NCBI GenBank assembly: GCA_964415365.1
Contig: CAYPYW010000002.1
Coordinates: 26,264-90,263 of the forward strand
DNA from: an uncultured Actinomycetota bacterium
Lineage (GTDB): Bacteria > Actinomycetota > Humimicrobiia > Humimicrobiales > Humimicrobiaceae
Reading direction: 5' to 3'
Length of the DNA stretch: 64,000 bases
Shown here piece by piece: positions 1 through 9,309 of the stretch. Under the pieces are notes generated by a model that worked only from the letters and a program-made list of their open reading frames with translations, was not told where the DNA came from and searched no databases. A program made the position numbers and the translations under genes. The number at the start of each line of letters is the position of its first letter. The first letter of the stretch is position 1.

Positions 1-1093
1 TCTCTCCCAGTAATTCAGAGAGTTTTGTATTCACGGTGGATTCAACGAAACCTTTCACTTCACTATTCCCCAGCTTTGTTTTGGTTTGTCCTTCAAATTG
101 CGGATTCTTTAATTTGACACTGATAATTGCGGTAAGCCCCTCTCTGATATCTTCACCTAAAAGATTTTCATCTTTTTCTTTAAGTATATTACTGCTGCGG
201 GCATAGTCATTTATAGTCCTGGTAATAGCTCCCTTGAAACCACTCAGGTGTGTTCCACCCTCCGTAGTATTTATATTGTTGGCAAATGAAAAAATACTTT
301 CTGAGTAACCACTGGTATACTGCATTGCAATTTCTACTTCGTGATCATCAACTACATTTTTAAAATATATTACTTTCTTATGCAAAACATCCTTTTTCTC
401 GCACAAATATTTTACAAAGTCCTCCACTCCACCTTCATACTGGTACACTTCTTTCTTTTCCGGCTTTCCTCTTGAATCTACCAGAGTAATCTTTAAACCT
501 TTGTTTAAGAAAGCCATCTCTTTCATCCTGCTGGCCAGTATCTCAAATTTATAATCAATATCTTCAAATATCTCTTTATCAGGGTAAAAAGTAATCGCGG
601 TACCATGAGTCTGAGTTTTTTCACCTTTAACAAGATTGGTAACCGGTTCTCCTCTCTTGAAATCCTGCTTGTAGATGTGACCATCTCTCCTTACTTCAAC
701 ACCCAGTTTTTCCGAAAGAGCATTCACCACAGAAACTCCAACACCGTGCAGCCCACCGGATACTTTATATCCTTCTCCGCCAAACTTCCCGCCGGCATGC
801 AACTTGGTAAGTACTATCTCCACCGCAGGTTTATTAAACTTTTCAACCTTCTTTACTGGTATTCCTCTACCATTATCCACTACAGTTACAGAATTATCCT
901 CATTCAATACAACCAGTATGTTGTCACAAAATCCAGCCATTGCCTCATCTATGCTGTTGTCTATCACCTCATAAATAAGATGGTGCAGGCCTCTGGACCC
1001 TGTGGAACCGATATACATACTTGGCCTTTTTCTGACTGCAGAAAGGCCTTCCAGAACTGTTATATCCTTAGCATCATAACTTGATTTTTTCAA
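1..1093 (-). CDS. gyrB: DNA gyrase subunit B, N-terminal part; the gene runs off the window start. Likely TTG start at 1093
   Basis: Minus-strand translation reads LKKSSYDAKDITVLEGLSAVRKRPSMYIGSTG...HGVGVSVVNALS...YEGG, the GHKL ATPase and transducer motifs of GyrB. GAGGAG lies 6 nt upstream of the TTG. The plus-strand ORF 605..1084 is antisense to it. Confidence 0.9.
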   Translation of the reverse strand, partial: MKKSSYDAKDITVLEGLSAVRKRPSMYIGSTGSRGLHHLIYEVIDNSIDEAMAGFCDNILVVLNEDNSVTVVDNGRGIPVKKVEKFNKPAVEIVLTKLHAGGKFGGEGYKVSGGLHGVGVSVVNALSEKLGVEVRRDGHIYKQDFKRGEPVTNLVKGEKTQTHGTAITFYPDKEIFEDIDYKFEILASRMKEMAFLNKGLKITLVDSRGKPEKKEVYQYEGGVEDFVKYLCEKKDVLHKKVIYFKNVVDDHEVEIAMQYTSGYSESIFSFANNINTTEGGTHLSGFKGAITRTINDYARSSNILKEKDENLLGEDIREGLTAIISVKLKNPQFEGQTKTKLGNSEVKGFVESTVNTKLSELLGE

Positions 1094-1301
1094 AAAAAAC
1101 TCCTCTAAAATTTATAGTTTCTCTTTTTTAAATATAGACAAAGGGCAATAAGTAAGCATTAAAACTACCTCTCTACCCATTACCCTTCCTGGCTTAAATA
1201 TAAATTTTTTTCTAAAATACTCGATAGTTTTATTAACTGACGACACTAAATATTATACCATATTTGACTTAAAATTTGCTTAAGAAATAGAATGGGCAGT
1301 C

Positions 1302-1595
1302 TCAAAGATTTTGCTTAAATCTTATGCTTTTAACTACTTCCTCTCCAATAAACGAATTTATTTTTTCAATCAACTGATTGGACATAAGACTCAGTTCATT
1401 TGCCCAAGTTGAAGTGGTAACAGATATGTATAGTATCCCTCTTGTTATTTTTTCGGGTTTCGCTTTTTTATATATTTCAGAACCCACAATTTCTTCCCAG
1501 CAGTTAAAGATATTGGATATATTTAATCTACTCCCTATATTCAAATCCTTTATAACATCCCCAATTATACTTCCAATGTCTTCAAACTCGCCCAT
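1302..1595 (-). CDS. DUF721-family protein typical of the recF-gyrB interval
   Basis: 97 aa with WEEIVG...TRGILYISVTTSTWANELSLM...IRFK, the DUF721 signature; it sits conserved between recF and gyrB. Confidence 0.7.
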   Translation of the reverse strand: MGEFEDIGSIIGDVIKDLNIGSRLNISNIFNCWEEIVGSEIYKKAKPEKITRGILYISVTTSTWANELSLMSNQLIEKINSFIGEEVVKSIRFKQNL

Positions 1596-1616
1596 GGTTA
1601 TATTATATGATACAGG

Positions 1617-2801
1617 TTACAAATCTGAAACTGCAATTTTATTATCTTTAATTAAAAACTTATTCCCAAATTCCAAATCCAGTTTATCAAGATAACTAAT
1701 ATTTGTAGTAGTTACAAAAGTCTGAAACTTATTACTCACTGCTTTAACAAGTAATTTCTTTCTTTCTATATCAAGTTCTGAAAATACATCATCCAGAAGG
1801 AGAACAGGATCTTTTTTTATTTTTTTTCTCAGGATATCCAGTTCACAGAGTTTCAGACTTATGGAGGCAATACGTTGCTGACCCTGTGAACCAAAAAACC
1901 TTATATTTTTGCCATCAAGCAAAATTACGAAATCATCCCTATGTGGTCCTACTGTGGTGGTCTTATATTGCAGGTCCTTTTCCAGGCTTTCTCTTAATTT
2001 CAAGTAAAATATGCTTTTAAAGTCACCCTCCATAAGACTTTCCTTCCTACAGCTTCCCGCATCCGGACAATCTATAAAATCATCCGGACTGTCTCCTCTG
2101 TCCCAGCTAAATACATAAAATAGATCAACTTTAATTCCTTTAAAGAAATCACTTACGTAACTCTTAAATTCAGAAGTGAATTCAGTCAATAGATTATATC
2201 TTTTTTTAATTATATCGGCCCCATATTTGACAATATTATCATCCCACACTTCCAGTGTAGAACTACCGACTGCATCAGCCTTTCTATTAAAACTTTTAAT
2301 CAAGCTACTTCTCTGAGTAAGTATTTTCTGGTACTGCAAACGCTGCCTGTAATACAGTGGGTCAACTTTTTCAAGTACACTATCGAGGAAACTCCTCCTG
2401 TCCATAGGACCTGCTTTTACAATCTTCAGATCATCAGGAGAAAATATAACTGAGGGGAGTATTGATGTAAAATCAGATTTTTTCCTCCGGGATATTTTGT
2501 CTACCTTTATTTTTATGTCATTGCCTTTCTGCAGCTCTATCTCTATAAAACGATCCGGTTCATCATTTTTCTCGGAACTAATTAAAGCCTTTATTACAGA
2601 ATAATTACTCTCCCAATTAATAATCTCATCCTGGCCGTAAGTTCTGTGAGACCTGCCAGTAGATAAATAATATATGGATTCCAGCAAATTGGTTTTACCA
2701 TTACCATTATTACCCAGAATAAGAATGGTATTTTTATCAAAATTCAAATTGACATGACTGTAATTCCTGTAATTTTTAAGTTCTAACTTTTTTAAATACA
2801 T
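1617..2801 (-). CDS. recF: DNA replication/repair protein RecF
   Basis: N-terminal LELKNYRNY...ILGNNGNGKTNLLESIYYLSTGRSHR (Walker A); C-terminal LLLDDVFSELD signature; position upstream of gyrB. Confidence 0.9.
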   Translation of the reverse strand: MYLKKLELKNYRNYSHVNLNFDKNTILILGNNGNGKTNLLESIYYLSTGRSHRTYGQDEIINWESNYSVIKALISSEKNDEPDRFIEIELQKGNDIKIKVDKISRRKKSDFTSILPSVIFSPDDLKIVKAGPMDRRSFLDSVLEKVDPLYYRQRLQYQKILTQRSSLIKSFNRKADAVGSSTLEVWDDNIVKYGADIIKKRYNLLTEFTSEFKSYVSDFFKGIKVDLFYVFSWDRGDSPDDFIDCPDAGSCRKESLMEGDFKSIFYLKLRESLEKDLQYKTTTVGPHRDDFVILLDGKNIRFFGSQGQQRIASISLKLCELDILRKKIKKDPVLLLDDVFSELDIERKKLLVKAVSNKFQTFVTTTNISYLDKLDLEFGNKFLIKDNKIAVSDL

Positions 2802-3011
2802 TATGCCGTAGTGAATCTCTTAACATTTTTAACGCTTTTTTATAAAACGGTTATGCAATTTTCACAAAAGTGATAACCTGTTTACGTGAGAAATATAATT
2901 TCAAATTTCCCATATTTAATGCTTTAAATAATATCACCTATGAATTAAAACTTGAACTTTATCTCTCCCTGCGACATGCCTGACAAACTGTATTGCGTAA
3001 AGTAAGATTTT

Positions 3012-3042
3012 TTTACAATTATTATAAATATTCTGGTATAAT
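3012..3042 (+). promoter_or_regulatory. Candidate sigma70 promoter for the nuoE-like/nuoF-gltD operon
   Basis: TTTACA, then an 18-19 nt spacer, then TGGTATAAT (extended -10) about 70 nt upstream of the start at 3111. Confidence 0.3.
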
Positions 3043-3110
3043 TTTTGAAATAAATTGAAGTATAGTTTCCCTGAAATATTATTTTTTTGATTTCTCTGGA
3101 AAGGAATACA

Positions 3111-3605
3111 ATGTGGATTGCAGATCTGCCCAAATATAAGTTACAGCCCAAAGAAGTGAAAAGAATTGATGAAATAATAGAAAAATATAAAGGCAAAAAA
3201 GGAGCATTAATTCCAATTCTACAGAAAATTCAGGAACATATTAGTTTCATACCGGTAGAAGCTCAGAGAAGAGTTGCAGAAACATTAGATATCCCTGAAA
3301 AGGATGTTTATGGAGTAGTAACTTTCTATTCATTCTTTTCTATGGTTCCCAGAGGCAAGTATAATATAAGGGTTTGCCTGGGTACTGCATGTTTTGTAAA
3401 GGGTGGTAAAAGGATTTTAGATAAACTGGTTAAGGAATTTGGTATTGAACCAGGACAGACCACTGCCGATAGGAATTATTCATTACAAATTAATAGATGC
3501 CTCGGTGCCTGCGGACTTGCACCGGTAATTGTAGTGAATGATAGATTCTACCAGAAAGTTAACCCTGAAAAAGTTATTGATATCGTTTATTCCTGTAAAA
3601 AATAA
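3111..3605 (+). CDS. NuoE/HndA-like thioredoxin-fold [2Fe-2S] subunit (NADH dehydrogenase 24-kDa family)
   Basis: CLGTACFVKGG...CLGACGLAPV four-Cys motif with the TFYSFF region typical of NuoE/HoxE. The ATG at 3111 has AAAGGAA upstream; the track's longer ORF begins at an upstream TTG. Confidence 0.85.
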   Translation: MWIADLPKYKLQPKEVKRIDEIIEKYKGKKGALIPILQKIQEHISFIPVEAQRRVAETLDIPEKDVYGVVTFYSFFSMVPRGKYNIRVCLGTACFVKGGKRILDKLVKEFGIEPGQTTADRNYSLQINRCLGACGLAPVIVVNDRFYQKVNPEKVIDIVYSCKK

Positions 3606-3655
3606 AATTTTATCCGTTTTTCCATGCCGGAATATTTAAAAAAAGGATTAAGTAA

Positions 3656-6600
3656 TTGAGTAAAAAAACTCTAAAAATAAAAATAAAAGATGACCTTGAC
3701 AATATTAAAAAAGAATTAAACAGAAAAAAAGCTTTAAATCTTAAAGGAAATAAACACAGGATAACTGTACATCTCGGAACCTGCGGCATAGCTTCAGGCG
3801 CAGAAACAATATGCGATCTAGTCAAAAAAGCAATAACTTCTGGAAAACGCCATAAGATTGAGTTTACCACCTCCGGATGCGTAGGATTTTGTGCTCTGGA
3901 GCCTATGTTAACCATTGAATCATATAATTTACCCACAGTTACCTACTATAGTCTTGATAAAGATAAGATAAGAAAAATATTCGAAAGCCATATAGATAAT
4001 AGTGAGATAGCAGAGGAGCTTGAACCGATAACCACAGATTCCAGACTAGCGGACTTTTATAAATATCAGGAATCTAGAGTTTTAAGAAACCGGGGTAAAA
4101 TTGATCCTTTTAAAATTGAGGATTATATCGCAAAAGACGGTTACTTTGGTTTAGCCAAGGCTATTGAGATTGGCGATCCTGATAAGATCATTAAAACTAT
4201 TTCAGAATCAGGCTTAAGGGGACGTGGAGGTGCAGGTTTTCCGACAGGCAAGAAGTGGGAGCTTTGTAAAAATGCCCAATCCAGGAGCGGGGTCAAATAT
4301 GTAGTATGTAATGGTGATGAAGGAGACCCTGGCGCTTTTATGGACAGAAACCTGCTTGAATCCGATCCACATTCCATCCTCGAAGGAATGCTGATATCAG
4401 CTCTGGTGATTGGTTCAAACAAAGGTTACTTATATATAAGGGCAGAATATCCTCTTGCAGTTCGGACTGTGGAACACGCAATAAGACAGGCAAAAGATTA
4501 TGGTCTGATAGGAAAAAATATACTGGGCAGTGATTTTGATTTTGATGTTGAAATATATCAGGGCGCAGGCGCGTTTGTATGTGGTGAAGAAACTGCACTT
4601 ATAAGGTCAATTGAAGGCGGAAGAGGAATGCCAAAACCAAAACCGCCATTTCCTGCCAATGAGGGACTTTACTCGGAACCTACACTTATTAATAATGTTG
4701 AAACATTTTCAAACATTCCGCAGATAATTCTAAACGGGGCAAAATGGTTCAACAGTATTGGAACTTCAACAAGCAAAGGGACAAAGATATTTGCTTTAAC
4801 CGGAGCAGTTAATAACATTGGACTTGTAGAGATACCCATGGGTATGACTGTAAGAGATATCGTTTTTAAAATTGGCGGAGGAATAAGAAAAGGAAAAAAA
4901 TTTAAAGCAGTACAATTAGGAGGCCCATCTGGTGGATGTATTCCTGAAAAATTCCTTGATATTCCCATAGACTATGAGAAAGTAAAAGAAGTTGGCGCAA
5001 TAATGGGTTCAGGGGGGATGATTGTCTTAGATGAAGATACTTGCATGGTAGACCTTTCGAAATATTTTATGAATTTCATCCAGGAAGAATCCTGTGGGCA
5101 GTGTGTACCCTGTAGAATTGGTACTAAAAGGATGTTAGAAATACTGGAAAGAATCACTAGTGGAGAAGGAGAAAAAGGAGATATTGAAAAACTTGAAAAG
5201 CTATCAGCTGTAATCAAAGAAACTTCTCTCTGTGGGCTGGGAAAAACTGCTCCCAATCCTGTGATTAACACCATCTGCTATTTCCGTGAAGAGTATGAAG
5301 CACATGTGAAATATAAAAGATGTCCAGCCGTTGTATGTAAAGAGATAATTTCATCGCCATGCCAGCACGTCTGCCCAATTGATACAGAGGCTTCAGTTTA
5401 TATATCTCTAATTGCTAAAAGACACTTTAGGGAAGCATTTGATATCATTCTTAAAGACAATCCCCTGCCGTCTGTTTGTGCCAGAGTATGTCATCACCCC
5501 TGTGAATCCAAATGTCTGGCTGGTAAATGGGAGAGCCCGATCGCTATAAGGGCACTTAAGAAGTTTGTTTCTGAATATGCGTTAAAGGAAGGAATATACA
5601 CTAAACTAATAAAAGAGCAAAAAACGGATGGAGAAAAAGTTGCAATAATCGGCTCAGGGCCAGCTGGTCTAATGGCTGGTTTTAGACTCGCAGATAAAGG
5701 ATATAATGTTACTATTTTTGAGGAATTGGACGTTCCGGGAGGAGCATTAGTTGCTTGCATACCAGAATACAGATTGCCCAGGAATGTGCTTAATATTGAT
5801 ATAGAAAATATTAAAAATTCAGGTGTGAAAATTAAAACAAATACCAGAATAGGAGTAGATATACTATTCAGTGAACTTTTAAGCAACTATAAAGCTGTAT
5901 TCATAGCTACGGGAGCCCATAAATCACGGAAGTTACGTATTTTAAATGAAAATGCAGAAGGTGTTATAGATGCCATGAAATTTCTAAGAGATATAAACAG
6001 TAACAAGAAAGTCAGTATAGGTAAAAATGTTGGGATTATTGGTGGTGGTAATGCTGCTATAGATGCAGCCAGGACTGCGGCCAGAATCAAAGATTGCAAT
6101 AAAGTCCTTATAATCTATAGGCGGACAAGAAAAGAAATGCCGGCATTTGGTGAAGAAATAACCGCTGCTATTGAAGAAGGAATTGAAATCCAGCTCCTTA
6201 CGGCTCCCACTAAGATAATAGCTAAAAATGGAAAGGTTACAGGGGTTGAATGTATAAAAATGAAGTTGGGAGAAGTAGATGAAAGTGGCAGAAGGAAACC
6301 CATTCCTATCAAAGGTTCGGAGTTTATCATTAACCTGGATACTCTAATTGTAGCGATTGGAGAGGATCCTGATCTTGGTTTTCTTGATGAAAAAAACAAA
6401 ATAGGAGTTTCTAAAAGAGGTACAATAGTAGTGTGCCCGGAAACATTAGCTACAAATATCGATGGAGTTTTCGCAGGTGGAGATGTTGTTACTGGTTCAA
6501 ATACTGTAATAGATGCCATGTCAGCAGGAAAAATTGCTGCAGAGATGATTGATAAATATATTAAAGGGAAAAATTTAGCCAGAGAATATAAACCATCTAG

Positions 6601-6820
6601 ACCTTCAATGTATGTAGTACCCCCCACAGGGTTAGCAGAAAGAGATATTGAAGAAGTAATGAGACCTGAAATACCCTGTCTTCCCGTAAATAAAAGAATA
6701 AATAATTTCAATGAGGTTAATTTAAATATAACAGAAGAAGTAGCAGTAAGAGAAGCCAGACGCTGCCTCAGGTGTGACTTAGAGACTGAAGATGGGAAAA
6801 AAGTAATACTTGAAAAATAG
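3656..6820 (+). CDS. Fusion protein: N-terminal thioredoxin-like [2Fe-2S] + NuoF-like FMN/NADH/[4Fe-4S] domain + GltD/NfnB-like FAD/NAD(P)H oxidoreductase with two N-terminal [4Fe-4S] clusters
   Basis: GLRGRGGAGFPTGKKWE and ESCGQCVPCRIG are NuoF 51-kDa motifs. Downstream come CARVCHHPCESKC, then the VAIIGSGPAGLMAG and GIIGGGNAAIDAARTA dinucleotide folds of the GltD/NfnB family. 1054 aa, TTG start. Confidence 0.85.
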   Translation: MSKKTLKIKIKDDLDNIKKELNRKKALNLKGNKHRITVHLGTCGIASGAETICDLVKKAITSGKRHKIEFTTSGCVGFCALEPMLTIESYNLPTVTYYSLDKDKIRKIFESHIDNSEIAEELEPITTDSRLADFYKYQESRVLRNRGKIDPFKIEDYIAKDGYFGLAKAIEIGDPDKIIKTISESGLRGRGGAGFPTGKKWELCKNAQSRSGVKYVVCNGDEGDPGAFMDRNLLESDPHSILEGMLISALVIGSNKGYLYIRAEYPLAVRTVEHAIRQAKDYGLIGKNILGSDFDFDVEIYQGAGAFVCGEETALIRSIEGGRGMPKPKPPFPANEGLYSEPTLINNVETFSNIPQIILNGAKWFNSIGTSTSKGTKIFALTGAVNNIGLVEIPMGMTVRDIVFKIGGGIRKGKKFKAVQLGGPSGGCIPEKFLDIPIDYEKVKEVGAIMGSGGMIVLDEDTCMVDLSKYFMNFIQEESCGQCVPCRIGTKRMLEILERITSGEGEKGDIEKLEKLSAVIKETSLCGLGKTAPNPVINTICYFREEYEAHVKYKRCPAVVCKEIISSPCQHVCPIDTEASVYISLIAKRHFREAFDIILKDNPLPSVCARVCHHPCESKCLAGKWESPIAIRALKKFVSEYALKEGIYTKLIKEQKTDGEKVAIIGSGPAGLMAGFRLADKGYNVTIFEELDVPGGALVACIPEYRLPRNVLNIDIENIKNSGVKIKTNTRIGVDILFSELLSNYKAVFIATGAHKSRKLRILNENAEGVIDAMKFLRDINSNKKVSIGKNVGIIGGGNAAIDAARTAARIKDCNKVLIIYRRTRKEMPAFGEEITAAIEEGIEIQLLTAPTKIIAKNGKVTGVECIKMKLGEVDESGRRKPIPIKGSEFIINLDTLIVAIGEDPDLGFLDEKNKIGVSKRGTIVVCPETLATNIDGVFAGGDVVTGSNTVIDAMSAGKIAAEMIDKYIKGKNLAREYKPSRPSMYVVPPTGLAERDIEEVMRPEIPCLPVNKRINNFNEVNLNITEEVAVREARRCLRCDLETEDGKKVILEK

Positions 6821-6850
6821 TACAATAGGAAGTTTAAATGGTATGAAAAA

Positions 6851-7678
6851 TTGGAAGACCAAGTCTCAAAATTAGGTAAAAAAATTAAAATTAAAAAAAT
6901 TAAATCCTCTCACGGCAGCACCAATCTAATTGATGTAATTCCCCTTGAATTACTTCTAACTATTTTTCTAAACGGTAAACATATTTCGACAATTTCGTGC
7001 TCGCCCGCTAATCTGATCGAACTTACAATTGGTTATCTAGCAAATAATGGTTATATTGTAAGTTATTCAGATATAGAGCTCTTAAAAATTTGTAGTAATA
7101 ATATAAATAAAGCTACCAGCAGAAATGATCTGACTTCAAGAATTGAAGTTAGCACAGCCGCTGGTAAAAATAATATCATATGCCCGGATAGCTTAAAATT
7201 CATACCTTCAGGATGCGGTAGTATTGATGATTTTGTACTTAAAAAAAGTTTAAAAAAGATAAAGAGCAATATCAGAACTTCATCAGATATTGTGCTTGGC
7301 TTAAATAAAAAAACTACAGACCATCAAAAGTATAAAAGGGAATTTGGAGGTTTACATAGTGCTGCTCTGTTCAATAAAGATGGAAATTTATTAAATCTAT
7401 TAGAGGATATTGGAAGACATAACTGTATAGATAAAATAGCCGGCTATATGCTTATAAAAAAAATACCTGCTCAAGATAAGATTATATTTACCACGGGTAG
7501 ATTAAGCATTGATGTAATCTGTAAAATTTGTAGGATGCAAATTCCAATTATAGTTACCAACTCTTCGGTAACTTTTAGTGCTGCCCAGCTTGCAAAAAAA
7601 ATAAATCTAACCGTTATTGGTTATGCCAGAAGCGGTAGATTTAATATTTACTCAGGATCAAGGAGGATACAGAGGTGA
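6851..7678 (+). CDS. fdhD: Formate dehydrogenase accessory sulfurtransferase FdhD
   Basis: GGLHSAALF...DIGRHNCIDKIAGY motif of the FdhD/NarQ family; TTG start; 4-nt overlap with the next gene. Confidence 0.8.
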   Translation: MEDQVSKLGKKIKIKKIKSSHGSTNLIDVIPLELLLTIFLNGKHISTISCSPANLIELTIGYLANNGYIVSYSDIELLKICSNNINKATSRNDLTSRIEVSTAAGKNNIICPDSLKFIPSGCGSIDDFVLKKSLKKIKSNIRTSSDIVLGLNKKTTDHQKYKREFGGLHSAALFNKDGNLLNLLEDIGRHNCIDKIAGYMLIKKIPAQDKIIFTTGRLSIDVICKICRMQIPIIVTNSSVTFSAAQLAKKINLTVIGYARSGRFNIYSGSRRIQR

Positions 7679-8565
7679 ATCTAACAGGAGTAATATTAGC
7701 AGGTGGTAAAAGCAGCAGATTCGGCTTCAACAAGTTAAAAATCAAAGTAGATTCAGTACCATTATTTATAGACCAGATTTTTAAATTAAGCTTTTTTTGT
7801 GATGAAATAATAATAAGCACCTCAAAAAGCAACTATTCCATTATTTTTTCTGAGTTAAATAAAATCAGAATATATCAAAAAAAATACAACTTCGAAAAAA
7901 TAGGAACTTCTAATCCAAAAATAAGCTTTAAAGATTTCCTTAAAAGAGTCACAAAACCTCTAAATATAAAAATTATTCCAGATGAAAGTAACTGTAGTAG
8001 CTCAACTATAAAAAGTCTTTCAAATGTTACCAACCCTGGAGGATTTAAATCAGATTATGATACAATTGGACCTATAATTGGTATTTATTCAAGTCTTATA
8101 AATGCTGCATATTTTTATTCCATAATCGTTGCATTTGATATGCCTTTTATTTCTTACAATTTGCTAAAACATTTGATTTATGAATCCGGAATAAATATTG
8201 AAAAAACAAGCATAGATAAATCAGTAACAATATCCAATTATCCCGGAAAAAAAGATGCTTGCATAATTAAGAGTGAAAAAGGGTTTGAAGTTCTCTGTGG
8301 ATTATACTCAAAGGGCTGTGTTGATATTTTAAAAGAGAATATTAAAAAACAAAAATATAAAATATCGGATATTTTTACTAACCTGGATATCGAAATCATT
8401 TCAAGCAAAAAATTAGAATCATTTAAAATTGATAATCTCAATTTTTTTAATATAAACCTGGTACCGGATTATTATAAATTTAAAAATATATGGCAAAATA
8501 AAAAGATTGCATCGGGTACTAAAAAATCATTTACGGAAGCATGGAATGATTTTTTCTTCAGGTAA
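7675..8565 (+). CDS. MobA-like molybdenum cofactor guanylyltransferase-family protein (longer than canonical MobA)
   Basis: N-terminal GVILAGGKSSRFG and a later IVAFDMPFIS motif fit the MobA NTP-transferase fold. GTG start 8 nt after AGGAGG; translationally coupled to fdhD. Confidence 0.55.
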   Translation: MNLTGVILAGGKSSRFGFNKLKIKVDSVPLFIDQIFKLSFFCDEIIISTSKSNYSIIFSELNKIRIYQKKYNFEKIGTSNPKISFKDFLKRVTKPLNIKIIPDESNCSSSTIKSLSNVTNPGGFKSDYDTIGPIIGIYSSLINAAYFYSIIVAFDMPFISYNLLKHLIYESGINIEKTSIDKSVTISNYPGKKDACIIKSEKGFEVLCGLYSKGCVDILKENIKKQKYKISDIFTNLDIEIISSKKLESFKIDNLNFFNINLVPDYYKFKNIWQNKKIASGTKKSFTEAWNDFFFR

Positions 8566-8618
8566 ATATAATTTTCAATCACTGATTTTCATATATTTGG
8601 AGAAAATTATGCTTTCAG

Positions 8619-9245
8619 TTAAAGAAGCTCAGAATGAATCTGTGGAATTCTATCTATTCCATAATTGGAAGGGAAAACACCTGTAGGACAAATATCCATA
8701 CATTCCATGCATTTTTCACAATATTTGAAATAGGAAGACTCGGGAATAAATATAACCTTTTTATCTGTTCCTCTTCCTACAAAACCCACAGCATTATTTC
8801 CCTTCACTTCTTTGCAATATCTTACACAAAGTCCGCAGAGAATACAGTAATTATTTTCCTTTTTAAACCTGGTCCCGCTTAACTTATACTTTCTGGCAAG
8901 TTTCTTTATCTCAGGATTAAAGGGAAACAATGCAAGATATAATTCCACCAGATTTTTTCTGATTTTTTCTACCGCAGGACTCTCCGTCTGGACTATGAGA
9001 CCTTCCTCTGCCGGGTAGGCACAGGATGCAACTATCCTTGATCTGCCCTTTCTTTCCACCTCAACAAGACACAGCCTGCAGGCACCGTGAGGTTTTATCT
9101 TTTCGTGATAGCATAAAGTAGGAACATGAATCCCTGCCTTCTTTGCAGCTTGAAGTATGGTATCACCGTGATTTATTTCGACATTTTTGTCATTCATGGT
9201 TAGATTAATTTTTTTCCTACTTGAATCTTCTTTTTTATCATTCAT
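8619..9245 (-). CDS. NuoG/HndD N-terminal-domain-like ferredoxin, [2Fe-2S] plus two [4Fe-4S], with no catalytic domain
   Basis: LCYHEKIKPHGACRLCLVEV (2Fe-2S), CILCGLCVRYC and CEKCMECMDICP (4Fe-4S). Start placed at the internal ATG 9245, which has AGGAGA 8 nt upstream; the track ORF extends to 9293. Confidence 0.7.
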   Translation of the reverse strand: MNDKKEDSSRKKINLTMNDKNVEINHGDTILQAAKKAGIHVPTLCYHEKIKPHGACRLCLVEVERKGRSRIVASCAYPAEEGLIVQTESPAVEKIRKNLVELYLALFPFNPEIKKLARKYKLSGTRFKKENNYCILCGLCVRYCKEVKGNNAVGFVGRGTDKKVIFIPESSYFKYCEKCMECMDICPTGVFPSNYGIDRIPQIHSELL

Positions 9246-9309
9246 AATTATGTTCTCCTGACCTTTATATTCTCTTGATCTTTTATAAATCAACTTTAAG
9301 TCTTTTAAC

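Noticed and set aside
605-1084. 159-aa plus-strand ORF
   Set aside because: Antisense to an unmistakable gyrB reading frame (GHKL and transducer motifs on the minus strand); low-complexity translation.
2858-2880. Rex-operator-like TTCACAA motif
   Set aside because: Only one half-site; no matching TTGTGAA partner at the correct spacing.
2802-3086. Possible oriC / DnaA-box cluster upstream of recF
   Set aside because: No run of TTATCCACA-like 9-mers found by eye; only the single 30-bp inverted repeat reported above.
4141-6825. Series of minus-strand ORFs (93-236 aa) inside the 3656-6820 region
   Set aside because: All lie antisense to the well-supported NuoF-GltD fusion frame and give hydrophobic, low-complexity translations with no motifs.
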